Source: Paracoccaceae bacterium
GTDB lineage: Bacteria; Pseudomonadota; Alphaproteobacteria; Rhodobacterales; Rhodobacteraceae
Reading direction: 5' to 3'
Assembly: GCA_031991825.1 (NCBI GenBank)
Contig: DALYSR010000005.1
Span: forward strand, 816 to 64,815
DNA length: 64,000 bases
The position numbers and the translations under genes are program-made. The notes under the pieces are model-generated. The model was given only the letters and a program-made list of their open reading frames with translations. It was not told the DNA's origin and searched no databases. Numbering within the stretch: the first letter of the stretch is position 1; each line of letters starts with the position of its first letter. Shown here piece after piece: positions 10,526-20,124 of the stretch.

Positions 10526-11850
10526 TGCGCCCGATGAAACTCGCCGCTTTGGTGTTTGCCCTGATCGCGCCGCTGCTGGCCTTGCCCGCCCATGCCGAAA
10601 TCGAAATCGCCGAGGTGACATCGCCCTCCGGCATCAAGGCGTGGCTGGTCGAAGATCACAACATTCCCTTCACCGCGCTGGAATTGCGGTTCAGGGGCGG
10701 CACCTCGTTGGACGATGCCGAAAAGCGCGGCGCGGTGAACCTGATGACCGCGTTGATCGAAGAAGGCACCGGTGATCTGGACAGCCCCGCTTTCGCCCGC
10801 GCGCGCGACAGTCTGGCGGCGCGCTACGGCTTTGGCGCGGATGAGGATAGCGTGGCGGTATCGGCGCGCTTTCTGACCGAAAACCGTGACGAAGCGGTTG
10901 ATCTGTTGCACCGCGCTTTGGTCGAACCCTCTTTCAGCGCCGAGGCGATCGAACGCGTGCGCGGCCAAGTGCTGTCCAATATCCGCGCCAGCGAAAAATC
11001 CCCCGGCGCGATTGCCTCCAAACGCTTTGCCGCCATGGCCTATGGCGATCACCCCTATGCGACCTCGGGCGATGGCACGGCAGAGACGGTGGCGGGCCTG
11101 AACCGTGACGACATCCTTGCGGCGCATAAGGCGGCTTTGGCCAAGGACAGGCTTTATGTGGCTGCGGCAGGGGATATCTCGCCCGAAGAACTGGGCATCT
11201 TGATCGACAAACTGTTGGCGGGGCTGCCGGAAAAGGGCGCGCCGCTGCCGGATCGCGCCACGATGACCCTGACAGGCGGCACCACCGTCGTCGACTTCCC
11301 CGGCCCGCAAAGCACGGTGGTGTTCGGCCATCAGGGCATCAAGCGGGACGATCCCGATTTCTTCGCGGCCACCATCTTGAACGAAGTTCTGGGCGGCGGG
11401 CGTTTTTCGGCGCGGCTGATGGATCAGGTGCGTGACAAGCGCGGGCTGACCTATGGCATTTCCAGCTATCTGGTCGGCTATGACCATGCCGAACTGGTGA
11501 TGGGCCAATTCTCTTCGGCCAATGCCACCACCGCCGAGGCGATTACCGTCGTCAAGGAACAATGGCAGCAGATTGCCGAAAACGGCATCACGCCCGAAGA
11601 GCTGGCCGCGACCAAGACCTTCCTGACCGGCAGCTATCCCCTGCGCTTTGACGGCAATGGCACCATCGCCTCGATCCTTGTGGGGATGCAGATGATCGGG
11701 CTGGATAAGGATTACCCCAAGACCCGCAATGAAAAGATCGAAGCGGTCAGCCTTGATGATGTGAAGCGGGTCGCCAAGACCCTGTATCACCCCGATGATC
11801 TGCGGTTCGTCGTGGTGGGCCAACCCGATGGCCTGACGTCGACCGATTAA
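10525..11850 (+). CDS. M16 family peptidase, non-catalytic partner subunit
   Basis: M16 fold-like sequence lacking HxxEH. Signal peptide MRPMKLAALVFALIAPLLALPAHA. Its ATG overlaps the upstream stop (TGATG), implying translational coupling. Confidence 0.85.
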   Translation: MRPMKLAALVFALIAPLLALPAHAEIEIAEVTSPSGIKAWLVEDHNIPFTALELRFRGGTSLDDAEKRGAVNLMTALIEEGTGDLDSPAFARARDSLAARYGFGADEDSVAVSARFLTENRDEAVDLLHRALVEPSFSAEAIERVRGQVLSNIRASEKSPGAIASKRFAAMAYGDHPYATSGDGTAETVAGLNRDDILAAHKAALAKDRLYVAAAGDISPEELGILIDKLLAGLPEKGAPLPDRATMTLTGGTTVVDFPGPQSTVVFGHQGIKRDDPDFFAATILNEVLGGGRFSARLMDQVRDKRGLTYGISSYLVGYDHAELVMGQFSSANATTAEAITVVKEQWQQIAENGITPEELAATKTFLTGSYPLRFDGNGTIASILVGMQMIGLDKDYPKTRNEKIEAVSLDDVKRVAKTLYHPDDLRFVVVGQPDGLTSTD

Positions 11851-11858
11851 GCCCCACC

Positions 11859-11886
11859 AAAGCCCGCCTCGTGCGGGCTTTGCTTT
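11859..11886 (+). terminator. Intrinsic terminator after the M16 peptidase pair
   Basis: AAAGCCCGC-CTCGT-GCGGGCTTT followed by GCTTT. Confidence 0.75.
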
Positions 11887-11924
11887 GGCTAGAGCTTGGA
11901 TTGGCTTCCTGCTAGTCTTGTCCC

Positions 11925-13817
11925 ATGACCCATATCACGCCTCGCCTTGCCCCCGAACGCCCCGTGATCCGCCCGCTCGACGAGGCGGCCATTAACCGTA
12001 TCGCCGCGGGTGAGGTGGTCGAACGCCCCGCATCGGCGGTCAAGGAACTGGTCGAAAACGCCTTGGATGCAGGGGCGACCCGTATCGCGGTGGATTTCGC
12101 CGATGGCGGCAAGACGCTGATCCGCGTCACCGATGACGGCTGCGGCATGACGCCCGACGATCTGCCCTTGGCGATTGCCCGCCATGCCACATCCAAGATC
12201 GACGGATCGGACCTGCTGAACATCCACAGCTTCGGTTTTCGGGGCGAGGCTTTGGCGTCCTTGGGCGCGGTGGGGCGGCTGACGCTGACCTCACGGGCCA
12301 AGGGCTATGATGCGGCGCAGATATCGGTGATCGGCGGGCGGATCGGCGATCTGCGGCCAGCGGGGCTGACGCGCGGCACGGTGATCGAGTTGCGCGATCT
12401 GTTCTTCGCCACACCGGCGCGGTTGAAATTCCTGCGCACCGACCGCGCCGAATCACAAGCGATTGCCGATGTGATCCGTAGGCTTGCGATGGCCGAGCCG
12501 CATGTGGGTTTCACCCTGACCGAAGTCTCGGGCAAAGACTCCCGCGTGATCTTCCGCGCCGATCCGCAGACGGGGGATTTCTTCGATGCGCTGCATGGGC
12601 GGCTGACATCCATCCTTGGGGTGGATTTCACCCAGAACGCGTTGAAAATCGATGTCGAGCGTGAAGGCCTGCATCTGACCGGCTATGCGGCGCTGCCGAC
12701 CTATTCACGCGGATCATCGGCGCAGCAGTTCGTTTTCGTCAATGGCCGTCCGGTGCTGGACCGGATGCTCTTGGGCGCGTTGCGGGTCGCCTATTTCGAC
12801 TTCCTGTCGCGTGATCGCCATCCGGCGGCGGTGCTGAACATGATCTGCGATCCCGAACGGGTCGATGTCAACGTCCACCCCGCCAAATCCGAAGTGCGTT
12901 TCCGTGAACCCGAAGCGGCGCGCAGCCTGATTATCACCGGCCTGCGCCATGCTTTGTCCGGCGCGGGCCATCGCGCATCGACCACGGTGGGGACGGAAAC
13001 CTTGGCGGCGATGCGCCCCGAACCTGTGGTCTCCCAGCAGCTTAGCTTCGGTGGGCCACGGGTCTATCAGATGGATCGTCCCTCGCAGGCGGGGATCGCG
13101 CGGTCGCATGCCTTCCAAGCGCCCGATTTCCAACCCGCGCCCGCGCATCCGTCGGTGGCGGCTTTTGCGTCGGGATTTGAGGAAGCGCCATCCGCGCGGG
13201 TCGAACGGGTCGAACCGGCGGCAGCGGCACTGACCGCTATGCCTTTGGGCGCGGCGCGGGCGCAGTTGCACGAAAATTACATCATCGCCCAGACCGAAAC
13301 CGGCGTCGTGATCGTTGACCAACATGCGGCGCATGAGCGGCTGGTCTATGAGCGGCTGAAACGGCAGATGGCGGAAAGCGGGATCATGGCGCAGGCTTTG
13401 TTGATCCCTGAAATCATTGAACTTTCACCCTCGGATGCAGGGCTTTTGCTGGAAGCCGCCCCCACCTTGGCCGAAATCGGTCTGGTGATCGAACCCTTCG
13501 GCGGCAATGCGATCGCGGTGCGCGAAGTGCCTGCGATTCTGGGACAGGTCAATGCGGCGGGGCTGTTGCGCGATGTGTTGGACGAATTGTCGGATGCGGG
13601 TCATTCGACGCTGATCCGCGCCAAGATCGACGCGGTGCTCAGCCGGATGGCCTGTCATGGATCGGTCCGGTCGGGCCGCCAGATGCGCGCCGAAGAGATG
13701 AATGCTTTGCTGCGCGAAATGGAGGCGACGCCTCATTCCGGCCAGTGCAACCATGGCCGTCCGACCTATGTCGAACTGAAGCTGCAGGATATAGAAAAGC
13801 TGTTCGGGCGGCGCTAG
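11925..13817 (+). CDS. mutL: DNA mismatch repair endonuclease MutL
   Basis: 630 aa. IAAGEVVERPASAVKELVENALDAG (GHKL ATPase), C-terminal QHAAHERL and CNHGRPT motifs. Confidence 0.95.
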   Translation: MTHITPRLAPERPVIRPLDEAAINRIAAGEVVERPASAVKELVENALDAGATRIAVDFADGGKTLIRVTDDGCGMTPDDLPLAIARHATSKIDGSDLLNIHSFGFRGEALASLGAVGRLTLTSRAKGYDAAQISVIGGRIGDLRPAGLTRGTVIELRDLFFATPARLKFLRTDRAESQAIADVIRRLAMAEPHVGFTLTEVSGKDSRVIFRADPQTGDFFDALHGRLTSILGVDFTQNALKIDVEREGLHLTGYAALPTYSRGSSAQQFVFVNGRPVLDRMLLGALRVAYFDFLSRDRHPAAVLNMICDPERVDVNVHPAKSEVRFREPEAARSLIITGLRHALSGAGHRASTTVGTETLAAMRPEPVVSQQLSFGGPRVYQMDRPSQAGIARSHAFQAPDFQPAPAHPSVAAFASGFEEAPSARVERVEPAAAALTAMPLGAARAQLHENYIIAQTETGVVIVDQHAAHERLVYERLKRQMAESGIMAQALLIPEIIELSPSDAGLLLEAAPTLAEIGLVIEPFGGNAIAVREVPAILGQVNAAGLLRDVLDELSDAGHSTLIRAKIDAVLSRMACHGSVRSGRQMRAEEMNALLREMEATPHSGQCNHGRPTYVELKLQDIEKLFGRR

Positions 13818-13834
13818 GCCACCCGTAACCCGTT

Positions 13835-15100
13835 TCAGGCCTTGACGAATTTCACCATGAAGAAGCCGTCCATGCCGCCCTTGTCGGCCCAGTAATCAGG
13901 GCGCAGGCGCAAGCCGCCGTCTGCGGTGATCCATTCGGGGGCCACGAAGTCCATGGTCGGGCGTTCGACACTCAGATCGGGGTGACGCGCCAAGGCGGCG
14001 GTCAACTGGTCTTCGCCTTCTGCTGGCAAGAGCGAGCAGGTGCAGAACACCAAACGCCCACCCGGTTTCAGCCAGCCCAAAGCGCGGTCCAGAATCTCGG
14101 CCTGCAGGGCGACCAGACCTTCGACTTCCGAACCATCCTTGATGAAGGGCAGGTCGGGGTGACGGCGCAAAGTGCCGGTGGCCGAGCAGGGCGCATCGAC
14201 CAAGATCGCATCAAAGCGTTGTTCCGGTTCCCATTTCAGCGCATCGCTCACCATCAGATCTGCCACCAAATTGGTGCGACCCAGATTTTCCTGCACGCGC
14301 GACATGCGGCCTGCGGAAATGTCCAAAGCGGTCACTTTCGCGCCTTTGGCAGCCAATTGCATGGTCTTGCCACCAGGCGCCGCGCAAAGATCCAAGACCA
14401 CTTCGCCGTCCTTGGCGCCCAGCAGATCGGCGGCCATCGATGCGGCGGCATCCTGCACCCACCATGCGCCTTCCAGATAGCCGGGAAGCGCGCTGATCTG
14501 CACCGAATTGTGCAAGCGCAGGCTGCCGTTGGGCATCGGCTCGCCTTCGGGCAGCAGGCTGTCGGGGCCGCGGGGCGTCAGATCGATCGGGGCGGATTGG
14601 GCATGGACGGCTTCGATTGCGGCGACCGCGTCACGGCCGAAGCTATGCACCAAGGGCTGACGCAGCCAGCGCGGCATCATCGGCGCGGGCAGTTCGTCCA
14701 AGGCGGGCGGCTGGCCGACGGCGCGCAGCACCGCGTTCACAAGTCCCGACATATGCTGGGTTTTCTTGCCGCGACGCATGGTGGCGACCGCTTCGTTGAC
14801 CACGCCATGCGCGGCACCACCGGTTGCCAATTCCACCACCGCCAGACGCAGGATGTTCAGCACCGGCAGCGGCGGCGCTTTGCGCATATGCGGCTGCAGC
14901 AGGCGATCCGCGCGGTCGATATTGCGCAGGGTCAGGCTGGCCAGACGTTCGGCCCGCGCGCGCTCTTGGGCAGGCATCCCGTCCGGCAGATCGATTTGCG
15001 ACAGCATCGCGCCATCGCCCAGCACTGCGTTCAGCAGAGAGACGGCCCCTTCGCGTGCCGACATAACCCGTTCACTCTTTGCTTTGACTTGCGCGCCCAT
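13835..15100 (-). CDS. RsmB/NOP-family SAM-dependent RNA (cytosine-C5) methyltransferase
   Basis: 421 aa. VLDLCAAPGGKT SAM motif, ILVDAPCSATGTLRRHPD, LVFCTCSL catalytic Cys motifs. An alternative start exists at 15064. Confidence 0.85.
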   Translation of the reverse strand: MGAQVKAKSERVMSAREGAVSLLNAVLGDGAMLSQIDLPDGMPAQERARAERLASLTLRNIDRADRLLQPHMRKAPPLPVLNILRLAVVELATGGAAHGVVNEAVATMRRGKKTQHMSGLVNAVLRAVGQPPALDELPAPMMPRWLRQPLVHSFGRDAVAAIEAVHAQSAPIDLTPRGPDSLLPEGEPMPNGSLRLHNSVQISALPGYLEGAWWVQDAAASMAADLLGAKDGEVVLDLCAAPGGKTMQLAAKGAKVTALDISAGRMSRVQENLGRTNLVADLMVSDALKWEPEQRFDAILVDAPCSATGTLRRHPDLPFIKDGSEVEGLVALQAEILDRALGWLKPGGRLVFCTCSLLPAEGEDQLTAALARHPDLSVERPTMDFVAPEWITADGGLRLRPDYWADKGGMDGFFMVKFVKA

Positions 15101-15166
15101 CGTCTACCCCTTTGCCCCGCGTGATCCTATCGCCTATATCAAAGCGGCAGAACAGGAAAGCGCCCC

Positions 15167-15382
15167 ATGACCGACGACCGTAGCGAAGATGTGACCCCGC
15201 CCGTTCCGAATGCGCCCGCAAAGGTGCTAAGCCCTGCCGCTCAGCGCGCCTTGGCCGAAGCCGAAGAGCGTCGCAAAGCTGCCGCAGGCGTGGAGCTGCC
15301 GACCGAACTGGGGGGCCGCAAAGGGCCGGAACCGGTGCGCTATGGCGATTGGGAAAAGAAGGGCATCGCGGTCGATTTCTGA
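15167..15382 (+). CDS. DUF1674 (SDHAF4-like) small protein
   Basis: 71 aa ending in EPVRYGDWEKKGIAVDF, the DUF1674 signature. Confidence 0.75.
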   Translation: MTDDRSEDVTPPVPNAPAKVLSPAAQRALAEAEERRKAAAGVELPTELGGRKGPEPVRYGDWEKKGIAVDF

Positions 15383-15387
15383 CCCAA

Positions 15388-15427
15388 GGCTTTGATTTTC
15401 AGGCCTTGATTTACTGGCCTTGATTTA
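15388..15427. repeat. Three tandem ~14-bp units (GGCTTTGATTTT / GGCCTTGATTTA / GGCCTTGATTTA)
   Basis: Read directly at 15388-15399, 15402-15413 and 15416-15427. The last two 12-mers are identical. Confidence 0.8.
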
Positions 15428-15434
15428 AAGGGCA

Positions 15435-15450
15435 GGGGCCGCAGGGCCCC
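15435..15450. terminator. Short GC hairpin between the convergent DUF1674 gene and dapB (probable bidirectional terminator)
   Basis: GGGGCC-GCAG-GGCCCC. On the minus strand it is followed by a T-rich tract (CTTTAAATC). Confidence 0.45.
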
Positions 15451-15463
15451 CGCCGTATCGGGC

Positions 15464-16273
15464 TTACAGGCCCAAGACATCCATCATGTCATATTGGCCG
15501 GGTTTCTGGGTCTGGCCCCAAACCACTGCCCGCAAGGCGCCCCGTGCAAAGATGCCACGATCAGTGGCGATATGGCGCAAGACGATGCGTTCGCCATCTG
15601 CGGCGAAAAGCACATCATGTTCGCCCACGATATCGCCGCCACGGATGGCGGAAAAGCCGATGCTGCCTTTTTCACGCGCCCCTGTAATGCCGTCACGGCC
15701 CGATACCATGGCATCATCCAAAGCCACGCCACGCCCATCCGCCGCCGCTTGGCCGAGCATCAAGGCGGTGCCCGATGGTGCATCGACCTTCATGCGGTGA
15801 TGGGCTTCGATCACCTCGACATCCCAATCTTCATCCAATGCGGCTGCGACCTTCTGGGTCAGCTTGACCAACAGGTTGACGCCCAAGGACATATTGCCTG
15901 CACGCACGATCACCGCATGGCGCGCTGCCGCTTCGATCTTGGCCAGATGTTCGGGTTCCAGACCGGTGGTGCCGATCACATGCACCGCACGCGCCTGCGC
16001 GGCCAGTGCCGCGAATTCCACCGTGGCCGCGGGGGCGGTGAAGTCGATCACGCCCTGAGCGCGCGAAAACGCCTCGAGCGCGTCATCGGTGACCAGCACG
16101 CCGACAGCCGTGCCGCCCATGCATTCGCCGATGTCGCGGCCGACCCAAGCATGACCGCTGCGTTCGACACAAGCGACCAGACGCGCCTTGTCGCTGGCCA
16201 GAACGGTCTTCACCAGCATCTGCCCCATACGGCCCGAGGCCCCGGTGATTACGATACCCGGCAAGTCTGCCAT
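15464..16273 (-). CDS. dapB: 4-hydroxy-tetrahydrodipicolinate reductase
   Basis: [15 protein letters not shown](P) motif, [15 protein letters not shown] catalytic motif. Start set at ATG 16273 (MADLPG). Confidence 0.95.
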   Translation of the reverse strand: MADLPGIVITGASGRMGQMLVKTVLASDKARLVACVERSGHAWVGRDIGECMGGTAVGVLVTDDALEAFSRAQGVIDFTAPAATVEFAALAAQARAVHVIGTTGLEPEHLAKIEAAARHAVIVRAGNMSLGVNLLVKLTQKVAAALDEDWDVEVIEAHHRMKVDAPSGTALMLGQAAADGRGVALDDAMVSGRDGITGAREKGSIGFSAIRGGDIVGEHDVLFAADGERIVLRHIATDRGIFARGALRAVVWGQTQKPGQYDMMDVLGL

Positions 16274-16380
16274 GCGATCCCCCATCTTCATCGGTGTGAT
16301 TTCGCGCCTATGTAGCCTGTTCCCCAAGGGCCGCAAAGCCCGCCGTTGCCGTTCCGCTCAAAACAGCTTACATCGGGGCT

Positions 16381-16824
16381 ATGGCGAACAAACGTAACTC
16401 CTCGGGCGATGGCCCCTCACAGCGACAGCTGCGCGTCGGCGAATTGATCCGTCGCTCGCTGTCTGATGTCCTTAACCGCGGCGAGATCCATGATCCCGAT
16501 CTTAACCGCATGTCGATCACGGTAAGCGAAGTGTCGCTGTCGAACGATCTGAAAGTGGCGACGGCTTATGTCATGCCGCTGATGGGGACGGTTCCGGTCG
16601 AAGAAGCGATTGCCGCCTTGGCGCGCAACAAGCATGAACTGCGCCACCGTGTGGTGCGGGGCATGACGCTGAAACATGCGCCGGAACTGCGCTTCCGCCC
16701 CGATGTCACCTTTGACCGTCTGGACGAAACGCGTCGCCTGTTCTCTGATCCGGCGGTTCTGCGCGATCTGGACAAGCCGGAAGGTGATGACGAAGACGGC
16801 GGCGAAGACGGTCGGGACGTCTAA
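16381..16824 (+). CDS. rbfA: Ribosome-binding factor A
   Basis: 147 aa. RQLRVGELIRRSLSDVL...ITVSEVSLSNDLKVATAYV...ELRFRPD is a typical RbfA core, with an acidic C-terminal tail. Confidence 0.9.
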   Translation: MANKRNSSGDGPSQRQLRVGELIRRSLSDVLNRGEIHDPDLNRMSITVSEVSLSNDLKVATAYVMPLMGTVPVEEAIAALARNKHELRHRVVRGMTLKHAPELRFRPDVTFDRLDETRRLFSDPAVLRDLDKPEGDDEDGGEDGRDV

Positions 16825-16825
16825 G

Positions 16826-17551
16826 ATGCGGTGGCTGGTCGCGGTAATGGCGCTGCTGCTGCCTCAGGCGGTGGCGGCGGGTCCGTGCCGCGACATCGCC
16901 TTTGAAGGCGCGCCCTTCACCTTATGCGAGGTGGAGGCGGGTCAGGATCTGCGCCTGTTCCATGCCGATCAGGGCAGCGTTCTGGGATCTTTCAGCGCGG
17001 TGAACCGCAAGCTGGCGGGTGAAGGCAAGCAATTGGCCTTCGCGATGAATGCGGGGATGTATCATTCCGACCGCGCGCCCGTGGGTCTTTATGTCGAAGA
17101 CAATGCGGAACTTGCACCGGTGGTAACGGCGGAGGGTCCTGGCAATTTCGGCTTGCTGCCCAACGGGGTGTTCTGCATCGGTGACAGCTTTGCCGTGGTC
17201 GAAAGCCGCCGCTTTGCCGCCAAGCCGCCCGCCTGTCGCTATGCCACCCAATCGGGGCCGATGCTGGTGATCGACGGGGCCTTGCACCCGCGTCTGATCC
17301 CCGACAGCGATTCGCGCTATATCCGCAACGGCGTGGGTGTCAGCGCCGACGGGCAGCGGGCGATCTTTGCGATTTCCAACGTGCCGGTCAATTTCCACCA
17401 GTTCGCGCGGCTGTTCCGCGATGCCTTGGGCCTGCCCAATGCGCTTTATTTCGACGGCAAGATTTCGCGGCTGTATGCGCCCGATCTGCGCCGCAACGAT
17501 ATCGGCTTCGCGATGGGGCCGATGGTCGGGTTTGTAATTCCCAAGGGCTGA
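16826..17551 (+). CDS. Exported phosphodiester glycosidase family (DUF2233) protein
   Basis: Signal peptide MRWLVAVMALLLPQAVAAGP. FAMNAGMY, PNGVF, QSGPMLV, RNGVGV, ALYFDG motifs are typical of DUF2233/NAGPA-like domains. It starts 1 nt after the rbfA stop and ends 3 nt before the truB ATG. Confidence 0.7.
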   Translation: MRWLVAVMALLLPQAVAAGPCRDIAFEGAPFTLCEVEAGQDLRLFHADQGSVLGSFSAVNRKLAGEGKQLAFAMNAGMYHSDRAPVGLYVEDNAELAPVVTAEGPGNFGLLPNGVFCIGDSFAVVESRRFAAKPPACRYATQSGPMLVIDGALHPRLIPDSDSRYIRNGVGVSADGQRAIFAISNVPVNFHQFARLFRDALGLPNALYFDGKISRLYAPDLRRNDIGFAMGPMVGFVIPKG

Positions 17552-17554
17552 GCC

Positions 17555-18460
17555 ATGGCAAAGACGAAAAAAGGCCGCCCCGTATCGGGTTGGGTCATCA
17601 TCGACAAACCGGCGGGCATCGGCTCGACCACGGTGGTCAACAAGGTGAAATGGGCGTTCCAAGCCCAAAAGGCGGGCCATGCGGGCACCTTGGACCCTGA
17701 TGCGACCGGCGTCTTGGCGGTGGCCTTGGGCGAGGCAACCAAAACCGTGCCTTTCGTCACCGACGGGCTGAAATGCTATACCTTTCGCGTGGTGTTCGGG
17801 GCGGCGACCAGTTCGGATGACGCATCGGGCGCGGTGATTGCCACCTCCGACATGCGCCCCACCGATGCGCAGATCGAAGCGGCTTTGCCCGCCTTCCGTG
17901 GTCAGATCGAACAAGTGCCGCCGCAGGTCTCCGCTGTAAAGGTCGATGGCGAACGCGCCTATGATCTGGCGCGCGAAGGCGTGGAAATGGATCTGGCCGC
18001 GCGGCCTTTGTGGGTGGAATCGTTAGAGGTTACCGGCCGTCCCGATACCGATCACGTCGATCTGAAGATGGTTTGCGGCAAGGGCGGCTATGTGCGGTCG
18101 ATCGCCCGCGATCTGGGGCGCGCTTTGGGTGGCCACGCGCATGTGGCATGGCTGCGCCGCGAATGGTCAGGCCCGTTTGAAGCGGCAAAGGCCGTGACGC
18201 TGGAACAGATCGAAGCATTCGCCCGTAGCGAAGAAATCGACCAATTCCTGCAACCGCTTGAAATCGCTTTGTATGCCTTGCCGCAATTGGAGGCCACCGA
18301 AGCAGGCGCCGTCCGTTTGGGCAATGGCAATGCAGGCGAGGTGAAGCCCTGCGCCTTGTCCTTTGGCGATGCGGCTTGGGTCAGCCATAACGGCAAGCCG
18401 ATGGCGGTGGGCAGCTATCAGGGCGGGCAGTTGCATCCGTCGCGCGTGTTCAACCTGTAA
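17555..18460 (+). CDS. truB: tRNA pseudouridine(55) synthase
   Basis: [30 protein letters not shown] (catalytic Asp), [17 protein letters not shown]. Confidence 0.95.
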   Translation: MAKTKKGRPVSGWVIIDKPAGIGSTTVVNKVKWAFQAQKAGHAGTLDPDATGVLAVALGEATKTVPFVTDGLKCYTFRVVFGAATSSDDASGAVIATSDMRPTDAQIEAALPAFRGQIEQVPPQVSAVKVDGERAYDLAREGVEMDLAARPLWVESLEVTGRPDTDHVDLKMVCGKGGYVRSIARDLGRALGGHAHVAWLRREWSGPFEAAKAVTLEQIEAFARSEEIDQFLQPLEIALYALPQLEATEAGAVRLGNGNAGEVKPCALSFGDAAWVSHNGKPMAVGSYQGGQLHPSRVFNL

Positions 18461-18464
18461 ACGA

Positions 18465-18487
18465 AGGGGCCTGCGGGCCCCTTTTTG
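18465..18487 (+). terminator. Intrinsic terminator after truB
   Basis: AGGGGCC-TGCG-GGCCCCT followed by TTTTG. Confidence 0.75.
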
Positions 18488-18494
18488 CTGCGTC

Positions 18495-19538
18495 TCAAAG
18501 CCGTGGATGCAGTTGGACACGGTCCAGTTGCAGCCCCGCGCCGCCCCTGATCATGGCAATCGCCGCCCCGCCCAATTCCAAGATCACGTCATCGCTGGCG
18601 GGCATCGGTGCAAGGCTAAGTTGCGGTTGCGGATGGGTTTGCGGGTCGTATTGCACCACCAGCACATCATCCGTCAGATCATAATCGGTGATTTCCGGCA
18701 AAGGCGCGTCTTGGCCGTAATCCATCATGATGAAGCTGTCATGGCCGGTGCCGCCGGTGGCAATATCGCCCGCGCCAAGCTGGATCCGGTCATCGCCTGC
18801 GCCGCCGTTCAGATAATCCACGTCCGCATCATCCGATCCGTCCAGCCTGTCATCCCCATTACCCCCATCCAACGTATCTTGGCCTGTGCCGCCCGACAGG
18901 CTGTCATGGCCCGCGCCACCCGCCAGCCAATCGTCGCCCTCATCGCCTTGCAGGGTGTCGTCGCCTTCGCCGCCTTGCAGGCTGTCATCGCCGTCGTTGC
19001 CGTTCAGAAGGTCGTCACCCGCCCCGCCCGCAAGGGCGTCATCGCCCGCGTCACCGGACAGGCTATCCGCGCCAAAGCCGCCTTGCAGATTGTCCTGGCC
19101 ATCGCCGCCCGCCAGCAGGTCGTCGCCAGCGCCACCGTCCAGAATATCCTCGCCTGCGCCGCCATAAAGGCTGTCATCCGCGCCGCGCCCCATAAGGTGG
19201 TCATTGCCCTCGCCGCCGTCGATCCGGTCCGCGCCGCCTTGTCCGGCAAGGATGTCATCGCCGCGACCGCCAAGCAGCTGTTGCGCGGGATCCGCCACAA
19301 CCGGCAGGTCCGATGATTGCGGCATACCTGCCGTATCAGGGGGGCCATCATCGGCCCAATCCAGCAGGGAGGGCGCATCGTCGTCATCGCTTTCGGGGGC
19401 GTCGTCCGCTGCGGCACGCGGCGTCGCCTCATCGTCGTCTTCGTCGCGTTCGGCGGCTTGCGCAGGCGTCAGCGCCGTCACTGCATCCGACAGCAACGCC
19501 GCGCCAAAAGCCCCCATCACCGCCAATAAAGACAACAT
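18495..19538 (-). CDS. RTX-type calcium-binding repeat protein (probable type I secretion substrate)
   Basis: 347 aa. About 20 GGxGxDxLx nonapeptide repeats (aa ~90-268), an acidic N-terminal region and a hydrophobic N-terminus. Confidence 0.85.
   Translation of the reverse strand: MLSLLAVMGAFGAALLSDAVTALTPAQAAERDEDDDEATPRAAADDAPESDDDDAPSLLDWADDGPPDTAGMPQSSDLPVVADPAQQLLGGRGDDILAGQGGADRIDGGEGNDHLMGRGADDSLYGGAGEDILDGGAGDDLLAGGDGQDNLQGGFGADSLSGDAGDDALAGGAGDDLLNGNDGDDSLQGGEGDDTLQGDEGDDWLAGGAGHDSLSGGTGQDTLDGGNGDDRLDGSDDADVDYLNGGAGDDRIQLGAGDIATGGTGHDSFIMMDYGQDAPLPEITDYDLTDDVLVVQYDPQTHPQPQLSLAPMPASDDVILELGGAAIAMIRGGAGLQLDRVQLHPRL
18735..19271 (-). repeat. Coding tandem nonapeptide (27-bp period) RTX repeat block
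   Basis: GGAGDDLLAGGDGQDNLQGGFGADSLSGDAGDDALAGGAGDDLLNGNDGDDSLQGG... Coordinates calculated from the residue positions. Confidence 0.8.
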
Positions 19539-19775
19539 TGTGCAAGCTCCAAGCGCCAGACCATGCGGGAAAGGTTAGGATGTGTTTCCCTATCAGGGGC
19601 GACTATCGCATGACATTGTTAAAGTCCTATGAAGGTGAGCAGTTGGGGAAATGGCTTCCCTTTTGGGCGATTCTCGCGTATAGGCGCGCATCCCTTGGGT
19701 GATCCAAGGGTGTCCCGGTCTAGCTGGACGACATCCCGGCTTGTACCTAAACCCTTCAGATCATGGAGACATTCG

Positions 19776-20045
19776 ATGTCGATCACCGTTGAAGAAAAAG
19801 CACGCCTGCTGCAAGAATACGCAACCAAGCCGGGCGATACCGGTTCGCCGGAAGTGCAAGTCGCGATCCTGTCGTCGCGCATTGCTACTCTGACCGAGCA
19901 CTTCAAAACCCACAAAAAAGACAACCACTCGCGTCGTGGTCTGCTCATGATGGTTGCTCAGCGCCGCAAGCTGCTGGACTACCTGAAAGGCAAAGAAGAA
20001 GCACGTTACACCGCGCTGATCGCACGCCTGGGCCTGCGCCGCTAA
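19776..20045 (+). CDS. rpsO: 30S ribosomal protein S15
   Basis: 89 aa, [15 protein letters not shown]...[38 protein letters not shown] verified at 19776. Confidence 0.97.
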   Translation: MSITVEEKARLLQEYATKPGDTGSPEVQVAILSSRIATLTEHFKTHKKDNHSRRGLLMMVAQRRKLLDYLKGKEEARYTALIARLGLRR

Positions 20046-20091
20046 TCGCGCGCGGCTCTTGTCGTCGCAAGGCGGCAAAGGGTTAGGGAAG

Positions 20092-20124
20092 CGCCCGCAT
20101 CGATCGATGCGGGCGTTTTTCGTT
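20092..20124. terminator. Strong palindromic terminator after rpsO (also downstream of the convergent 20125 gene)
   Basis: Perfect palindrome CGCCCGCATCGA/TCGATGCGGGCG (20092-20115) followed by TTTTTCGTTTT. Confidence 0.8.

Noticed and set aside
18363-19316. Periodic repeats in the 18.7-19.3 kb region: a possible CRISPR-like or non-coding array, and a 317-aa plus-strand ORF
   Set aside because: The periodicity is 27 bp, and on the minus strand it encodes canonical GGxGxDxLx RTX nonapeptides. There are no spacer-like unique segments. The plus-strand ORF is the antisense artefact.
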